A DNA stretch of 32,000 nt, taken from an uncultured Candidatus Marinamargulisbacteria bacterium (lineage in GTDB: Bacteria; Margulisbacteria; Riflemargulisbacteria; GWF2-35-9; DYQY01). Shown one piece after another: positions 30,829 through 32,000 of the stretch. The notes below the pieces were generated by a model. That model ran no database searches. It worked only from the letters and a program-made list of their open reading frames with translations, and was not told where the DNA came from. Every line of letters starts with the position of its first letter. Position 1 is the stretch's first letter. The stretch is taken from the NCBI GenBank assembly GCA_964429235.1, contig CAYSAQ010000007.1, forward strand, positions 35,581-67,580, read 5' to 3'. The position numbers and the translations under genes were made by a program.

Positions 30829-32000
30829 TGAGAGTAACTAATAGTATGAGTTCAGCAAATGTTTTAACTAATATTTCACGTAGCTCACAGAAGTTATATG
30901 AGCTTCAAAATCAGCTAAGCTCAGGGAAAAAGATTTCAAAACCTTCTGATAATCCAACAAACATTAATAGGTTAATGGGGTTTACAGAAGATATAAATCG
31001 TAGAGAACAATATTCTAATAATATTGATACAATGCTTGTTAATTTAAATACTACTGACGGGATACTTTTTACATTAACAGAGCAAGTAAATAATGTAGAA
31101 GTAACTTTGAATCAATATGCGAATTCAGCGCTAACTTCTGGCAATGGAGACGTGTTAGCTTCTGATGTTGAAAATATTTTTGAAGGCATAATGGATTTAG
31201 CTAATAGCAGCTTAAATGGAAGATATATTTTTGGTGGTTATAATGTTGCTAATCCGCCATTTGAGGTGGTTGGTGATAGAGTTAAGTATAATGGTACGGA
31301 TGACTTAATAATGGTGGATGTTGGTGACAATGAATCATTGCCAGTAAGTATTTCAGGTATAGAATTGTTTTCTATTCACAGGATGGAAGGCACCAAATAT
31401 ATGAGTAGTGCCGAGCAATCAATTTATCCAGCTCCAGAGAGTGATCAGATCAGAATTACAGTTGGTGATCAAACTACCGATATTACTATAGGGCATAATG
31501 CTATTTTAGGAATGACATTGCAGGATGTTGCTGATTCAATTAATAATGCAGGCGCAGGAGCGAATGCAGTTATTGAAAAGACATCAACTGGATCTCGATT
31601 GAAGCTGATATCAGAATATGTTGGTTCTGACGGAGAAATTGTTGTTGAAGACATGGCTCCAGGAGGTGTATTTCATAAGTTAGGACTTTTGGATGAGGCA
31701 AATGAATTTGTTGGAATCCAGAACGATCCATCAGGAGGAGTATTATCTACTGTGCTGAGTATTAAAAATAAAATGCAAGCTGGAGAATATGACCTGGATG
31801 AAGAAGTTAACGCTTTAGAAACTGGAAGGAATGGTGTTATTAAGGCACATGCACAAGTAGGGATCTTTACTCAAAGTTTAGAGCAACGTAAAAGCTTTTT
31901 GATAGATTTGATTATTCAGCAAAAGTCATTAAGATCAGATACAGAAGATATTGATTACGCGGAGGTAATGACAGAGTATAATGCAGAGATGATGGCGTAT
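30829..32000 (+). CDS. flgL: flagellar hook-associated protein 3 FlgL (3' end beyond the window)
   Basis: Hand-translated from ATG 30829 (GGAGG SD) and open to the window end. MRVTNSM...LSSGKKISKPSDNPTNI, GRYIFGGYNVANPPFE. A central flagellin-IN-like segment lies around 31450-31660. Confidence 0.85.

Overview
AT-rich (by eye; not computed) chromosomal segment from a flagellated diderm bacterium. The diderm call rests on the L-ring gene flgH, the P-ring gene flgI and a secretin. The lineage cannot be assigned from the sequence alone.

Gene content, left to right:
- 0-2 kb: a small secretin module of two small membrane proteins and an unusually short secretin.
- 2-10 kb: LysE-family exporter, GyrI-like protein, carbon-nitrogen hydrolase preceded by two tandem thymidylate-kinase-like paralogues, FecCD/BtuCD-type ABC importer (ATPase and permease only), Fis-type HTH protein, HAD-IB hydrolase.
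- 10-12.3 kb: secG, two uncharacterised translationally coupled ORFs, and a MerR-family regulator.
- 12.4-18.2 kb: flagellar block 1, flgB-flgC-fliF-fliG-fliH-fliI-fliJ, with no fliE.
- 18.2-24.3 kb: non-flagellar genes. These are a short PilB/GspE/ComGA-like ATPase, aroE, bactofilin, rsmI, an ECF sigma/anti-sigma/Spy-like module, tRNA-Leu(GAG), an M15A peptidase and a XerC/D recombinase.
- 24.3-32 kb: flagellar block 2, flgF-flgG-flgA-flgH-flgI-flgJ(rod-binding only)-flgM-flgN-flgK-flgL, running off the window end.

I found no CRISPR array, IS element, rRNA or recognisable defence or mobile island. I do not see a clear-cut new multi-gene system.

Most unusual signals:
1. A -10 hexamer sits 6-7 nt upstream of an SD-less ATG at six genes, which suggests leaderless mRNAs.
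2. A repeated GC-rich double-hairpin element lies at gene 3' ends, with compensatory base changes between copies.
3. A translationally coupled Tmk-like pair has a second member with degenerate catalytic motifs.
4. A Sec-signal-less M15A peptidase with a His/Asn/Lys-rich N-terminus occurs in a genome whose FlgJ lacks a hydrolase domain.
5. A near-consensus sigma-28 promoter starts on the flgJ stop codon.
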